Positions 38,662 through 48,090 of a DNA stretch of 64,000 nucleotides are shown one piece after another. Position 1 is the stretch's first letter; each line of letters starts with the position of its first letter. The notes under the pieces are model-generated. The model did not search any database and was not told the origin of the DNA. It was given only the letters and a program-made list of their open reading frames with translations. Position numbers and translations under genes: made by a program. The DNA is from an uncultured Collinsella sp. GTDB lineage: Bacteria; Actinomycetota; Coriobacteriia; Coriobacteriales; Coriobacteriaceae. The DNA lies in assembly GCA_902479065.1 (NCBI GenBank), contig CABSNM010000004.1, positions 41,562 to 105,561 on the forward strand, read 5' to 3'.

Positions 38662-39714
38662 TTACGCGACGGTGTAAACCCAGTTGTGCTTGTCCTCGAC
38701 AGCACCAGACTGGATACCAGTCAGGGTCTCGCGGAGCTTCTTCATCACAGGGCCGATCTCGGTGTAGCCAGCCGGGAAGGTCACGGTCTCGTCGGCACCG
38801 TAAACCTTGTTGTCGATCTCGCCAACCGGGGAGATGACGGCAGCGGTGCCGCACAGGCCGCACTCGACAAAGGTGCCGGCCTTGACCTCGGCCCACTCGA
38901 CGGGACGCTGGTCAACGGTCATGCCCAGGTCCTGAGCAACCTGAACGAGCGAACGGCGGGTGATGGAAGGCAGAATGGAGTCGGTGTGGGACTGCGGAAC
39001 GACGAGGGTGCCGTCCTCCTTCACGAATAGGACGTTAGCGCCACCGGTCTCCTCGACATAGGTGCGGGACTCGGAATCGAGATACAGGTTCTCGGCATAG
39101 CCCTCGCGGTGAGCCTCCATCGTGGGCTTGAGGGACATGGCGTAGTTCAGGCCGGCCTTGATGTTGCCGGTGCCATGCGGTGCTGCACGGTCATACTCGG
39201 AAACGCGCAGCTTGACGGGCTTGAGGCCACCCTTAAAGTACGGACCGACCGGGGTCACGAGAATGCGGAACGTGTACTCAGGAGCGGGAGCCACGCCGAT
39301 CACGTCACCGGAGCCGATCATAAACGGACGCACGTACAGGGTCGCGCCGGAACCGAAGGGCGGAACCCAGGCGGCGTTGGCAGAAACGACCTGCTTGACG
39401 GCCTCAACGAACTTGTCCTTGGGAAACGGGGGCATCTCGAGGCGCTGGGCAGAGTTATACATACGCTCAGCGTTCATGTCGGGACGGAAGCAGACGATGC
39501 TGCCGTCCTCGGCGGTGTAGGCCTTCAGGCCCTCAAAGACCTCCTGGCAGTAATGGAAGATACCGCCGCACTCGGAGACGTGCAGGGTGTGGTCGGTGGT
39601 CAGGCCGCCCTCGTCCCACTCGCCGTCCTTCCAATGGGCCTCGTAGCTGTAATCAGTCTTCATGTAGCCAAAGCCGAGGCTACCCCAATCGATATCCTTC
39701 TTCTCGACAGTCAT
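38662..39714 (-). CDS. ilvE: Branched-chain amino acid aminotransferase
   Basis: FEGLKAY, LYVRPF, IKAGLNYA, EETGGAN, ILPSITRRS; AAGGAG RBS. Confidence 0.95.
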   Translation of the reverse strand: MTVEKKDIDWGSLGFGYMKTDYSYEAHWKDGEWDEGGLTTDHTLHVSECGGIFHYCQEVFEGLKAYTAEDGSIVCFRPDMNAERMYNSAQRLEMPPFPKDKFVEAVKQVVSANAAWVPPFGSGATLYVRPFMIGSGDVIGVAPAPEYTFRILVTPVGPYFKGGLKPVKLRVSEYDRAAPHGTGNIKAGLNYAMSLKPTMEAHREGYAENLYLDSESRTYVEETGGANVLFVKEDGTLVVPQSHTDSILPSITRRSLVQVAQDLGMTVDQRPVEWAEVKAGTFVECGLCGTAAVISPVGEIDNKVYGADETVTFPAGYTEIGPVMKKLRETLTGIQSGAVEDKHNWVYTVA

Positions 39715-39943
39715 ATGTCGCTCCTTACATACACAGTTGCATACTCGCGAACTCGCACGCAAGGACCGAGGCCGACCGCGTCGCAACGTCGCACGCCCGG
39801 AGCGTAGAGCCGGACGGGACACGCGAACAGCATCAAAGCCGATGGCACGTCGATTCGCATGCACGAGATTGTACTCCGCACGCGCGTCGGATAAAACGTT
39901 TTTCTTTAACTAACTAAAGTATTTTCATTTGATCGAAGCTAAA

Positions 39944-39975
39944 GAGGCCCGCCACCGTAAGCGGTGACGGGCCTC
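39944..39975 (-). terminator. Intrinsic terminator after dedA
   Basis: GAGGCCCG..ACCG/CGGT..CGGGCCTC hairpin with TTT on the minus strand. Confidence 0.65.
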
Positions 39976-40012
39976 AACTGTACGGTCTGCGCGCTGGCTC
40001 GAGCTAGGCGTT

Positions 40013-40651
40013 CTATTTGCCCAGCTTAGCCTTGACCAGACCGACCACGGTCGGGATGATCGACACGGCAACGATGCCAACGATTAGCAGCTCAAAGTGC
40101 TCCTGCACAAAGGGAATGCCACCAAAGAAGTAGCCCAACAGTGTAAAGAGCGTTGACCAGGTAATGCCACCCAGCACGTTAAAGATGACAAAGTTGCGCC
40201 AGTGCATGCCGCCCATGCCGGCGATAAAGGGCACAAAGGTGCGGATAAACGGGAAGAAGCGACCCAGGAAGATGGCCAGGTGACCCCACTTGTCCAAGAA
40301 ATCCTCGGACTTTTTGATGCGCTCGGGCGTCATAGCCTTGACCTTGCCCGAAGCGATGATCTTTTTGCCAAAGAAGTGACCGATCATAAAGTTGCACTGA
40401 TCGCCCAAGATGGCAGCAGCCCATGCGGTGGCCAGCAGGGCCACGATGTTAAAGCCACCGTTGTGGGCAAAGAAGCCCGAAGCAAACAGCAGCGAGTCGC
40501 CAGGGAGAAACGGGAAGAACACCACGCCCGTCTCGATAAAGATGATCAGGAACACGCAGCCGTAGGCCATAAGCGGGCCGGCGGCGATCCAGCTGGCAAT
40601 CGCGGTGCGCGGGTCTTTGAGCAGCTCGGCGATAAAATTAATGAAACCCAT
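40013..40651 (-). CDS. dedA: DedA-family (VTT domain) membrane protein
   Basis: FIETG, PFLPGDSLLF, GRFFPFIRTFVP. Confidence 0.93.
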   Translation of the reverse strand: MGFINFIAELLKDPRTAIASWIAAGPLMAYGCVFLIIFIETGVVFFPFLPGDSLLFASGFFAHNGGFNIVALLATAWAAAILGDQCNFMIGHFFGKKIIASGKVKAMTPERIKKSEDFLDKWGHLAIFLGRFFPFIRTFVPFIAGMGGMHWRNFVIFNVLGGITWSTLFTLLGYFFGGIPFVQEHFELLIVGIVAVSIIPTVVGLVKAKLGK

Positions 40652-40874
40652 GAAGTAAAACCTCTCAGTTGTGGGCGCGGATACGTCCAAGTTGACCAGT
40701 ATACGGTTGCAGCGCCCCCTCGTGCGCAACCCCACAAAAGCATGACTCCATTACCAGCAAGTATGCATAACTGACACCTGTCGTGCAATGCCGCCAAGAA
40801 TGTCCTTCCTAATCCCTAGCGAATCGCTATACTTTATTGAATCGCATTGCCATGGCGCTAAGGGAGGGCGGCCG

Positions 40875-41579
40875 GTGAGCTTTATCAATACCATTCGCGA
40901 GGACATCAAGACCGTCCAAGCGCAGGACCCCGCCGCGCAAAACGGTCTAGTCATCTTCCTTTCCTATCCTGGCCTGCACGCCAAGTGGAACCACGTGCCC
41001 GAGCACTGGCTCTGGGAGCACGGTCATCGCTCGCTCGCCCGTGTGCTCTCGCAAATCACCCGCCACATCACCGGCGTCGAGATTCACCCTGCCGCGCAGA
41101 TTGGCAAGCACTTCTTTATCGACCACGCCATGGGCGTCGTCATCGGCGAAACCACCATTGTGGGCGACAACTGCGTGCTCTACCAGGGCGTCACGCTTGG
41201 CGGCACCGGCAACGAGACCGGCAAACGCCACCCCACTCTGGGTAACAACGTCACCGTGGGCACGGGCGCCAAGGTGCTCGGCAACATCCGCATCGGCAAC
41301 AACGTCAAGATTGGCGGCAACTCGGTCGTCGTCAAGGACGTACCCGACAACTGCACCGTCGTGGGCGTGCCGGGACGCATCATCAAGCGCAACGGCTGCC
41401 GTGTGTTCGAGGAGAGTTTCGACGCCAAGCAGCATCGTGAGTACATGCCCGATGACGCCGCCGAGCAGAGTGCCCTCAACCGCCAAGGTATCACCGAGAA
41501 CGCCCGCCGCGTCAAAGAACTCGAGCGAGAGGTGGCCGAGCTCAAAGCCCTCGTCGCCAAGCTCGCGGACGAACGCTAG
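40875..41579 (+). CDS. cysE: Serine O-acetyltransferase
   Basis: [43 protein letters not shown] before GTG. Confidence 0.95.
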   Translation: MSFINTIREDIKTVQAQDPAAQNGLVIFLSYPGLHAKWNHVPEHWLWEHGHRSLARVLSQITRHITGVEIHPAAQIGKHFFIDHAMGVVIGETTIVGDNCVLYQGVTLGGTGNETGKRHPTLGNNVTVGTGAKVLGNIRIGNNVKIGGNSVVVKDVPDNCTVVGVPGRIIKRNGCRVFEESFDAKQHREYMPDDAAEQSALNRQGITENARRVKELEREVAELKALVAKLADER

Positions 41580-41657
41580 AGGCGGACGGCCACCGACAAC
41601 ATTGACGCCAACGCAAAGGCGCGCCAGAGGATTCACCCCCGGCGCGCCTTATTTGTG

Positions 41658-41688
41658 ATGTGGCAAAGAGACTGTCCCTTTGTCACAT
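41658..41688. repeat. REP-like 31-bp palindrome (GGGACAG family, type a)
   Basis: ATGTGGCAAAGAGAC-T-GTCCCTTTGTCACAT (2 mismatches). Confidence 0.8.
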
Positions 41689-43697
41689 TATGCGAACTGG
41701 CTCAGATAGAGGTCGGCGTAGGCACCCTCGGCAGCCAGCAGCTCCTTATGCGTGCCCTGCTCGATAATGTTGCCGTGATCCATGACCAAGATCAGGTCGG
41801 CGTCCACGATCGTCGACAGGCGGTGCGCGATCACAAAGCTCGTGCGCCCGCGCATGAGCGCGTCCATGGCACGACCGATGGCAAGCTCGGTGCGCGTGTC
41901 CACGCTTGAGGTCGCCTCGTCCAGGATGAGAATCGCCGGGTTGTTGAGCAGCACGCGCGCAATGGTCAGCAGCTGGCGTTGGCCCTGACTAATGCTCTCG
42001 GCATCGTTAGCCACACGCGTGTCGTAGCCCTGCGGCATAGTGCGCACGAAAAAGTCGACCTGCGCGGCACGAGCGGCGGCCACGATCTCCTCGCGCGTTG
42101 CCTCGGGGCAGCCGTAGGCGATGTTTTCGGCAATCGTGCCATCGAATAGCCAGGCGTCCTGCAGCACCATGCCAAACTGCTGCCGTAGCTCACCGCGGTC
42201 CATGAGGCGCGTATCCACACCGTCAAGCGTAATGCGGCCGCCGTCGATCTCGTAAAAGCGCATGAGCAGGTTGATGAGCGTCGTCTTGCCTGCGCCCGTG
42301 GTTCCCACCACGGCAATCTTCTGGCCCGGCTCGGCGGTAAACGACACGTCGCGCATAAGCGGCTTGCCGGGCGAATAACCAAAGCGCACATGCTCAAAGG
42401 AGACGCGGCCCTCCACGCGACCCGGCAGCTTGGCGGCCTTGTCCGGCAGCGGATCGGCCTCCATCTCGGGCTCATCGAGCAGGTCGAACACGCGCTCTGC
42501 ACTCGCCAGCGCGCTCTGCAGCGAGTTGAAGGTAAACGACAACTGCGTCATGGGCTCGGATGCCTCGTAGATAAACTGGAAGAACGCCTGGAACACGCCG
42601 ACGGTCATGTGGCCGGCAACCAGCATACTGCAACCCACAATCGCAATCACGATCTGTGCCAGGCGGCCGATAAAGCGCACCGCGGGGCCGACGGCGTTAA
42701 TCATAAAGTCGGCCTTGGCACTCACGCGTGCCAGCTCGCCCGAGGCCTGGTGCACCTCGGCAGAACTTTGGCGTTCGCGGTTAAACGCGCGGATCACCAG
42801 ACGGCCCGAATAGCCTTCCTCGACCGCACTCGTAATCTTGGACACCCACTCCTGGCGCTCGCCCGTCACATCGTGTGTGCGGCGCGAGACGACCTTCGTC
42901 ACCAGCAGCGACAGTGCCGTAAAGAACAGAAAGACGAGCGTAAGCTGCACGCTGAACACGAACATCACGCTCACAGCACCAACAACCGTGCCGATCGACA
43001 CGAGCAGCTGCAGCAATCCGCGCTGCATGCTCTCGGACATCTTGTCCAGGTCGTTGGTCGCGCGGCTGACGACCTCGCCGGGACGATGCGCGTCAAAATA
43101 GGCGAGTGGCAGACGGTTGAGCTTTTGCGCGATGCGGTTGCGCAGGCGCAGATTGAGACGCTCAGCGACGCTCGACATCAAAAAGCTCTGGAGCGCATAG
43201 AACGAGGCAGCGGCAGTCCAGATCATAAAGTAGACGAAAATGGTCTTGCCGCAGTTCTCCCAGGTGATGCTGAAAGTGGTGTCGTTGGCAAACGCCACCT
43301 GAATGTGGCCCCACAGCTCATCGATCACGCGGGCGCTATATGCCGGCGCGGCGGTGTTAAAGATGACATAGAACACAATGCTCGCGAACACGATATAGAA
43401 GCGCCAATGGTCGCCGGCAGCCTCACTCCACAGGCGGCGCACCGTCGCCCAGGTATCCCGAGGCGTCTCGTCCTCGTCTTCGTCGTCCACGTCGCGCATA
43501 CGCTCTGCCTCGGCGCGGGCGCGCTCGTCCTCGGCACGTTCGTTTTCCTCGTAGAGCGCTTGGCGGCGAGCCTCGCGCTCCGCCGCCTTGGCGGCTTCGT
43601 CCAGGTCGGGCGCGACGCCCGTCTCCTCGACTGTCTCTACAACCGCAGCGCCATCGACGATGCCCTGCTTCTTGAGCTCCTCGGTCATGCTACTCAC
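41688..43697 (-). CDS. Heterodimeric ABC exporter subunit
   Basis: TMD, GTTGAGKT, ISQGQRQ, ILDEATS. Confidence 0.92.
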   Translation of the reverse strand: MSSMTEELKKQGIVDGAAVVETVEETGVAPDLDEAAKAAEREARRQALYEENERAEDERARAEAERMRDVDDEDEDETPRDTWATVRRLWSEAAGDHWRFYIVFASIVFYVIFNTAAPAYSARVIDELWGHIQVAFANDTTFSITWENCGKTIFVYFMIWTAAASFYALQSFLMSSVAERLNLRLRNRIAQKLNRLPLAYFDAHRPGEVVSRATNDLDKMSESMQRGLLQLLVSIGTVVGAVSVMFVFSVQLTLVFLFFTALSLLVTKVVSRRTHDVTGERQEWVSKITSAVEEGYSGRLVIRAFNRERQSSAEVHQASGELARVSAKADFMINAVGPAVRFIGRLAQIVIAIVGCSMLVAGHMTVGVFQAFFQFIYEASEPMTQLSFTFNSLQSALASAERVFDLLDEPEMEADPLPDKAAKLPGRVEGRVSFEHVRFGYSPGKPLMRDVSFTAEPGQKIAVVGTTGAGKTTLINLLMRFYEIDGGRITLDGVDTRLMDRGELRQQFGMVLQDAWLFDGTIAENIAYGCPEATREEIVAAARAAQVDFFVRTMPQGYDTRVANDAESISQGQRQLLTIARVLLNNPAILILDEATSSVDTRTELAIGRAMDALMRGRTSFVIAHRLSTIVDADLILVMDHGNIIEQGTHKELLAAEGAYADLYLSQFA

Positions 43698-45426
43698 CTC
43701 CCTTCATCTGCGATTCCGCGATTGCGCGGTACACCTCGCAGGTTTCCATGAGCTCGTCGTGCGTGCCTAGGCCCACGATCTCGCCGTCTTTGAGCACCAC
43801 GATCTGATCGGCATGCAAAATAGTCGAGATGCGCTGGGCGATGATGAGCACCGCGGCATCGCACGTCTCGTCCTGCAGCGCATGGCGCAGTGCCGCATCG
43901 GTCTTAAAGTCCAGGGCCGAAAAACTGTCGTCGAAGATATATAGATCGGCATGCTTCATGAGTGCGCGGGCAATCGCCAGGCGCTGGCGCTGACCACCCG
44001 AGAAGTTCGTGCCGCCCTGGGCCACCGGCGTATCGAGCCCCTGGGGCTGGTCGAGCACAAAGGTGCTCTGGGCAACCTCCAGCGCATGGAGCATGTCAGC
44101 CTCAGTCGCGTCTTCGTTGCCAAAGCGCAGGTTGCTCGCCACCGTACCCGAGAACAGCCATGCCTTCTGCGGCACATAGGCGATACGCCCGCGGATGTCG
44201 TCTTGCGAAAGGTCGCGCAGATCGATGCCATTCAGGCGAATGGCGCCCTTCGTGGCATCGTGGAAGCGAAGCAAGAGCTTGGCCACCGTCGACTTGCCCG
44301 AACCCGTCGAGCCTACAATCGCCGTGGTCTGGCTACGGCGACAGGCAAAGCTCAGGTCGCACAGGGTATCCTCGTCGGCATCGTCAAAACGGAACGACAT
44401 GTGGTCGAACACGGCCACCGCGTCGGCACCGTCAACAGACTCCGCCGCGCACGTGTCCAGCGTGCGCTTGCCGTCCACGATGCTCGGCTCAATCTCCAAC
44501 ACCTGCTGCGCACGGTTCAGGCATGCGGCGGCGCGTGGGAGCGTCAGAATCACCATCTGCGCCGTCATCACAAAGAACAGGATCAGGATCGCGTACTCCA
44601 GCACGGCCGAGATGCTACCGATTTGCATGGCGTGGACGCCCACGCGGTTGCCGCCCACCCACAGCACCGCCACCTCGGCGATATTCATCAAAAAGAAGCT
44701 GGAGCTGTCGAGACCCACAAACAGGTGGTTGACCTTGATGGCATTGGCCGCGTAATCGCTAAACACCTCGTCCAGGCGCTGCTCCTCGTGGCGCTCCTTG
44801 TTAAATGCGCGGATGACGCGCACGCCCACGATGTTCTCGCGCAGCACCACGTTCATGCGGTCGATAAAGCTCTGCAGGCGCATAAAGATCGGCGCGGCGT
44901 TGGCAACGGTAAAGACCGCCGCCACCAGCACGATCGCAACCACCACGCCCAGCAGCGTACCCATGGCGGGATCGATGAACCAAGCAAAAATGATGCCTGC
45001 CACGGCCAAGAACGGCACCGGCAGCACCAGCTGAATCGTCTGAAGGACAGCTTGCTGAATCACGTTGATGTCGTTGAGCGAGCGCGTGATCATCGAACCC
45101 GTGCCAAAGCGCTCAAAGTCGCTGGCGGACAGCTCGAGCGACTTGTCGTACACGGCATTGCGGATATCGCAGGCCACGTTGGCGGCCAGGCGCGCCGAAA
45201 GATAGCAGCCCAGCACCGTGCCGCCGCTGGCCATGCCGGTCGCGATAAGCATGTACAGGCCGTTGCGTAATATATAGTCGACATCACCCGTGGTAATACC
45301 GGTGTTGACCATGTTCGCCAGCATCGTGGGAACCAACAGCGTACCGACGTTATCTATCAGCACCGCAAACAGCGTCACCGCAATCAGACCGCGGTACGGC
45401 CTCATAAACCTCATTAAGAGTCGCAT
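43690..45426 (-). CDS. Heterodimeric ABC exporter subunit (degenerate site)
   Basis: TMD, GSTGSGKS, FSGGQRQR, FDDSFSALD. Confidence 0.92.
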   Translation of the reverse strand: MRLLMRFMRPYRGLIAVTLFAVLIDNVGTLLVPTMLANMVNTGITTGDVDYILRNGLYMLIATGMASGGTVLGCYLSARLAANVACDIRNAVYDKSLELSASDFERFGTGSMITRSLNDINVIQQAVLQTIQLVLPVPFLAVAGIIFAWFIDPAMGTLLGVVVAIVLVAAVFTVANAAPIFMRLQSFIDRMNVVLRENIVGVRVIRAFNKERHEEQRLDEVFSDYAANAIKVNHLFVGLDSSSFFLMNIAEVAVLWVGGNRVGVHAMQIGSISAVLEYAILILFFVMTAQMVILTLPRAAACLNRAQQVLEIEPSIVDGKRTLDTCAAESVDGADAVAVFDHMSFRFDDADEDTLCDLSFACRRSQTTAIVGSTGSGKSTVAKLLLRFHDATKGAIRLNGIDLRDLSQDDIRGRIAYVPQKAWLFSGTVASNLRFGNEDATEADMLHALEVAQSTFVLDQPQGLDTPVAQGGTNFSGGQRQRLAIARALMKHADLYIFDDSFSALDFKTDAALRHALQDETCDAAVLIIAQRISTILHADQIVVLKDGEIVGLGTHDELMETCEVYRAIAESQMKGGE

Positions 45427-45914
45427 GCGTCCCCCTCGCCCTTATCGTCAGTCTCGTTCTCGGCGGCCACTTGCCGTTTAAATGCCTCGCACTCTTCGTT
45501 AAGAACATGGGAGAACTTACCGACCAAGCGCATGATCTCGCACTGTTCCCACGGCTCGAGCGCCTCGAATGCCTGTTGCTCGGCTTTTTGCGCCGGCAAC
45601 GCGTAGCGCTTGGCAAACCGCACGCCTTCTTCGGTCAGTCGTACAACCTTGTTTTTACGACTGCCCTCGGCAAACTCCAACGTCGCAAGCCCTCGCGCCC
45701 TAAGCGTTTTAATCGCCGAATTGATGGTCTGTTTGCTGTAGAACCATTCACTCGTCAGCCGACTCACGGCAACGCTTCCGCCCGCTGCACTCGTGTCGAC
45801 GAGCATCCAGTAGGCGCAGTCCGAAAGGCCGCAGGCGCGCGAGAACTCCGAATAGATATGGTCGAGTCCATTGAGCAACCGATCGAAGTCGACCAGCGTA
45901 ACCGCACTATTCAT
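45414..45914 (-). CDS. MarR-family regulator
   Basis: SKQTINSAIKTL...RKNKVVRLTEEG winged helix; first gene of the ABC operon. Confidence 0.88.
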   Translation of the reverse strand: MNSAVTLVDFDRLLNGLDHIYSEFSRACGLSDCAYWMLVDTSAAGGSVAVSRLTSEWFYSKQTINSAIKTLRARGLATLEFAEGSRKNKVVRLTEEGVRFAKRYALPAQKAEQQAFEALEPWEQCEIMRLVGKFSHVLNEECEAFKRQVAAENETDDKGEGDACDS

Positions 45915-45928
45915 CTATCCCACCATTC

Positions 45929-45990
45929 AATTGTCCGATTTTTGACCAATTATGTGTCTCTAGATTAGTCCGAGTTTTGACTATCGTCAA
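45929..45990 (-). promoter_or_regulatory. Putative marR promoter with two operator-like imperfect palindromes
   Basis: GTCCGA-N-TTTTGAC at 45933 and 45968; TTGACG-17bp-TAATCT on the minus strand. Confidence 0.5.
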
Positions 45991-46095
45991 CAGGCTCTCC
46001 GCAAATGCGTGCATTTTTATGGCCTATCGGCAGAAAAAGACCGCCGGCGCGGGGGCGGCGCCAGCGGTCACGTGAAAATCGGGTTTTATTGCCTG

Positions 46096-46386
46096 TTAAG
46101 CGGCGACGGCCTCATAGACCGTAGCGCCCGAGAAGCTGTCATGCAGGCTCTTGCCGGCAATCCACGGCAGCTCGACGACCTCGCAGACCGTGTTGACCAA
46201 CTCAGAACAGTCAGTAAAGTGGCCCTTGTCGTTGAGGGCCTCGCAATCCTGAACACGCCAATAGCCATCGGTGTGCGTGATGTAGTACTCGTGATCGTTG
46301 ATCGACACGAAAGCGCGCGTCTTGGAACGCAGCAGCTTCAGAAATCCTTCGAAATCGGTCTCGACGACATCTCCAGCCTGGAACAT
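46096..46386 (-). CDS. Small hypothetical protein (96 aa)
   Basis: AGGAGG RBS, globular-looking composition. Confidence 0.7.
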   Translation of the reverse strand: MFQAGDVVETDFEGFLKLLRSKTRAFVSINDHEYYITHTDGYWRVQDCEALNDKGHFTDCSELVNTVCEVVELPWIAGKSLHDSFSGATVYEAVAA

Positions 46387-46680
46387 GATGTTACCTCCTG
46401 GCCCGGCGCCACCACGGCGCATTGATAAACGTTGGTACTCCTTTAGTAAAACCTTTATCAGAGGTTATGCGTTCGTCATTTAGGCAAGTGGTAAAAAACC
46501 GCAGGGTAGACGGGATAAAACGTTTAACCATCCCATTTGTTTGTCACATTCTGAAGGTACTTTTATGCAAACCTACTTTCCCAATTGGAATCTATCCTTT
46601 TGGCCGGGCAATTGACCGTCTATCGTTTGAGCCCGACGGGTATGAACGGGGCATCTGCAACGCCACCGCAAGGAGACACC

Positions 46681-47202
46681 ATGGAGACTATCGAAGCACT
46701 CATTCACCGCCGCAGCTGCCGCAACTACAGCGATCGTCCCGTCGAGGCCGAAAAGCTTGCACGTATTATCGAAGCCGGCCAATATGCACCGAGCGGCATG
46801 GGCCGCCAGCCGGTGACGTTTGTCGCCGTCACCGACCCCGCGACCGTCGAGCGTCTCTCGCAGCTCAACGCGCAAGTCATGGGCAGCAACAGCGACCCCT
46901 TCTATGGCGCCAAGACCGTTGTGGTGGTGCTGGTTGACCGCAGCGTGCCCACACATCTGGAAGACGGCTCGCTCGCCATGGGCAACCTGCTCAACGCTGC
47001 CTATGCGCTGGGCGTTGATTCGTGCTGGATTCATCGCGCCCACGAGGTTTTCGATTCGCCCGAGGGCCTGGAGCTACTGGCCAGTTGGGGTCTACCCGCC
47101 GACGGCAGCCTGCGCGGTGTCGGTCACTGCATTCTGGGCTATGCCGAGGACACGCTGCCCGAGCCCAAACCCCGCCGCGACAACGTGGTCTACGTAAGGT
47201 AA
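46681..47202 (+). CDS. Nitroreductase family protein
   Basis: RRSCRNY, APSGMGRQP, AAYALGVDSCWI; AAGGAG RBS. Confidence 0.92.
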   Translation: METIEALIHRRSCRNYSDRPVEAEKLARIIEAGQYAPSGMGRQPVTFVAVTDPATVERLSQLNAQVMGSNSDPFYGAKTVVVVLVDRSVPTHLEDGSLAMGNLLNAAYALGVDSCWIHRAHEVFDSPEGLELLASWGLPADGSLRGVGHCILGYAEDTLPEPKPRRDNVVYVR

Positions 47203-47239
47203 TTAGTTCCGCCATTCTACCGAACGGCGGGCTCGTTGA

Positions 47240-47350
47240 CGCTGCGCGGGCCGCATTCACGCCAATCTGACGTTCAATTTCGAGGGCGCGACCAGAAGGT
47301 CAGCGCCCTCTCATTTCACGTCACCTTGGCGCAAATGCGGCTCGCTCGCT
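47240..47350. repeat. Structured ~110-nt repeat (TGACGT...GACC/GGTC...ACGTCA family), copy 1
   Basis: Nested stems; homolog at 58199-58310. Confidence 0.82.
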
Positions 47351-47430
47351 TTTGGCGACTGACATCGAATGAGCCACTGTCTTGGGCAGCTAAAAAAGCC
47401 CCGTCCCAAATTAGCTGCCCCACTCGCAAC

Positions 47431-48006
47431 TTATCCCGCCGATGGAGTTATTGCCGTTTCGCTCGTCTGATTCGCATCGACGTCGTCGCCTTGCTTGTCT
47501 TCGTCCTTTTGCACATCGGCGATGGTGGAGGCCGCCGCAACGATACCGCGCTGGGGCGCGACGCTCGTCTGGGCCTGAGCGCCCTCGACAACTTCTGTAC
47601 CTACATGCGCGAGCTCGGGCGATTTAAACATTGCGTCCAAGTTGGCGCCACCGCCGGCATATCCGAGCGCAGCGAGCGCGATGACGATCACTGCAACGGC
47701 GGCCACGATCGGCACGTAGCGATGCCAGCCGGCGGGATTGAGCCCGCTGCGGCGAGCCGCCCCGCGGCTGATGTAGCCGAGCGTTCCGTCGTGCTTGAGC
47801 TTTGAGCCCACCACGCGTTTGCGGCCCCACAGCGAGGACTCTGCCTGCATTGCCAAGCGGGCGCTTGCCGAAGGATAGCCGTATTTAGTGCGCTTGAACG
47901 AGCCATCAAACCCCGAGGCGTGTTTGCCCCACGTCACCGATGTTGTGCGTCGGTTGACCGGCGCGGCACTCCGCCTTCTGCGGCTCGGTTTTGAAGTCTC
48001 AGCCAT
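47431..48006 (-). CDS. Hypothetical single-pass membrane protein with basic N-terminus
   Basis: Arg/Ser-rich N-terminus, one TM helix, GAGG RBS. Confidence 0.6.
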   Translation of the reverse strand: MAETSKPSRRRRSAAPVNRRTTSVTWGKHASGFDGSFKRTKYGYPSASARLAMQAESSLWGRKRVVGSKLKHDGTLGYISRGAARRSGLNPAGWHRYVPIVAAVAVIVIALAALGYAGGGANLDAMFKSPELAHVGTEVVEGAQAQTSVAPQRGIVAAASTIADVQKDEDKQGDDVDANQTSETAITPSAG

Positions 48007-48090
48007 ATGCCCTCGCACGCCGTAACCAAATCGAAACAATAACGCTTTGGACTGTAGCACACGCGTCGCGTGCGGTCACGGGCGCCTCGC

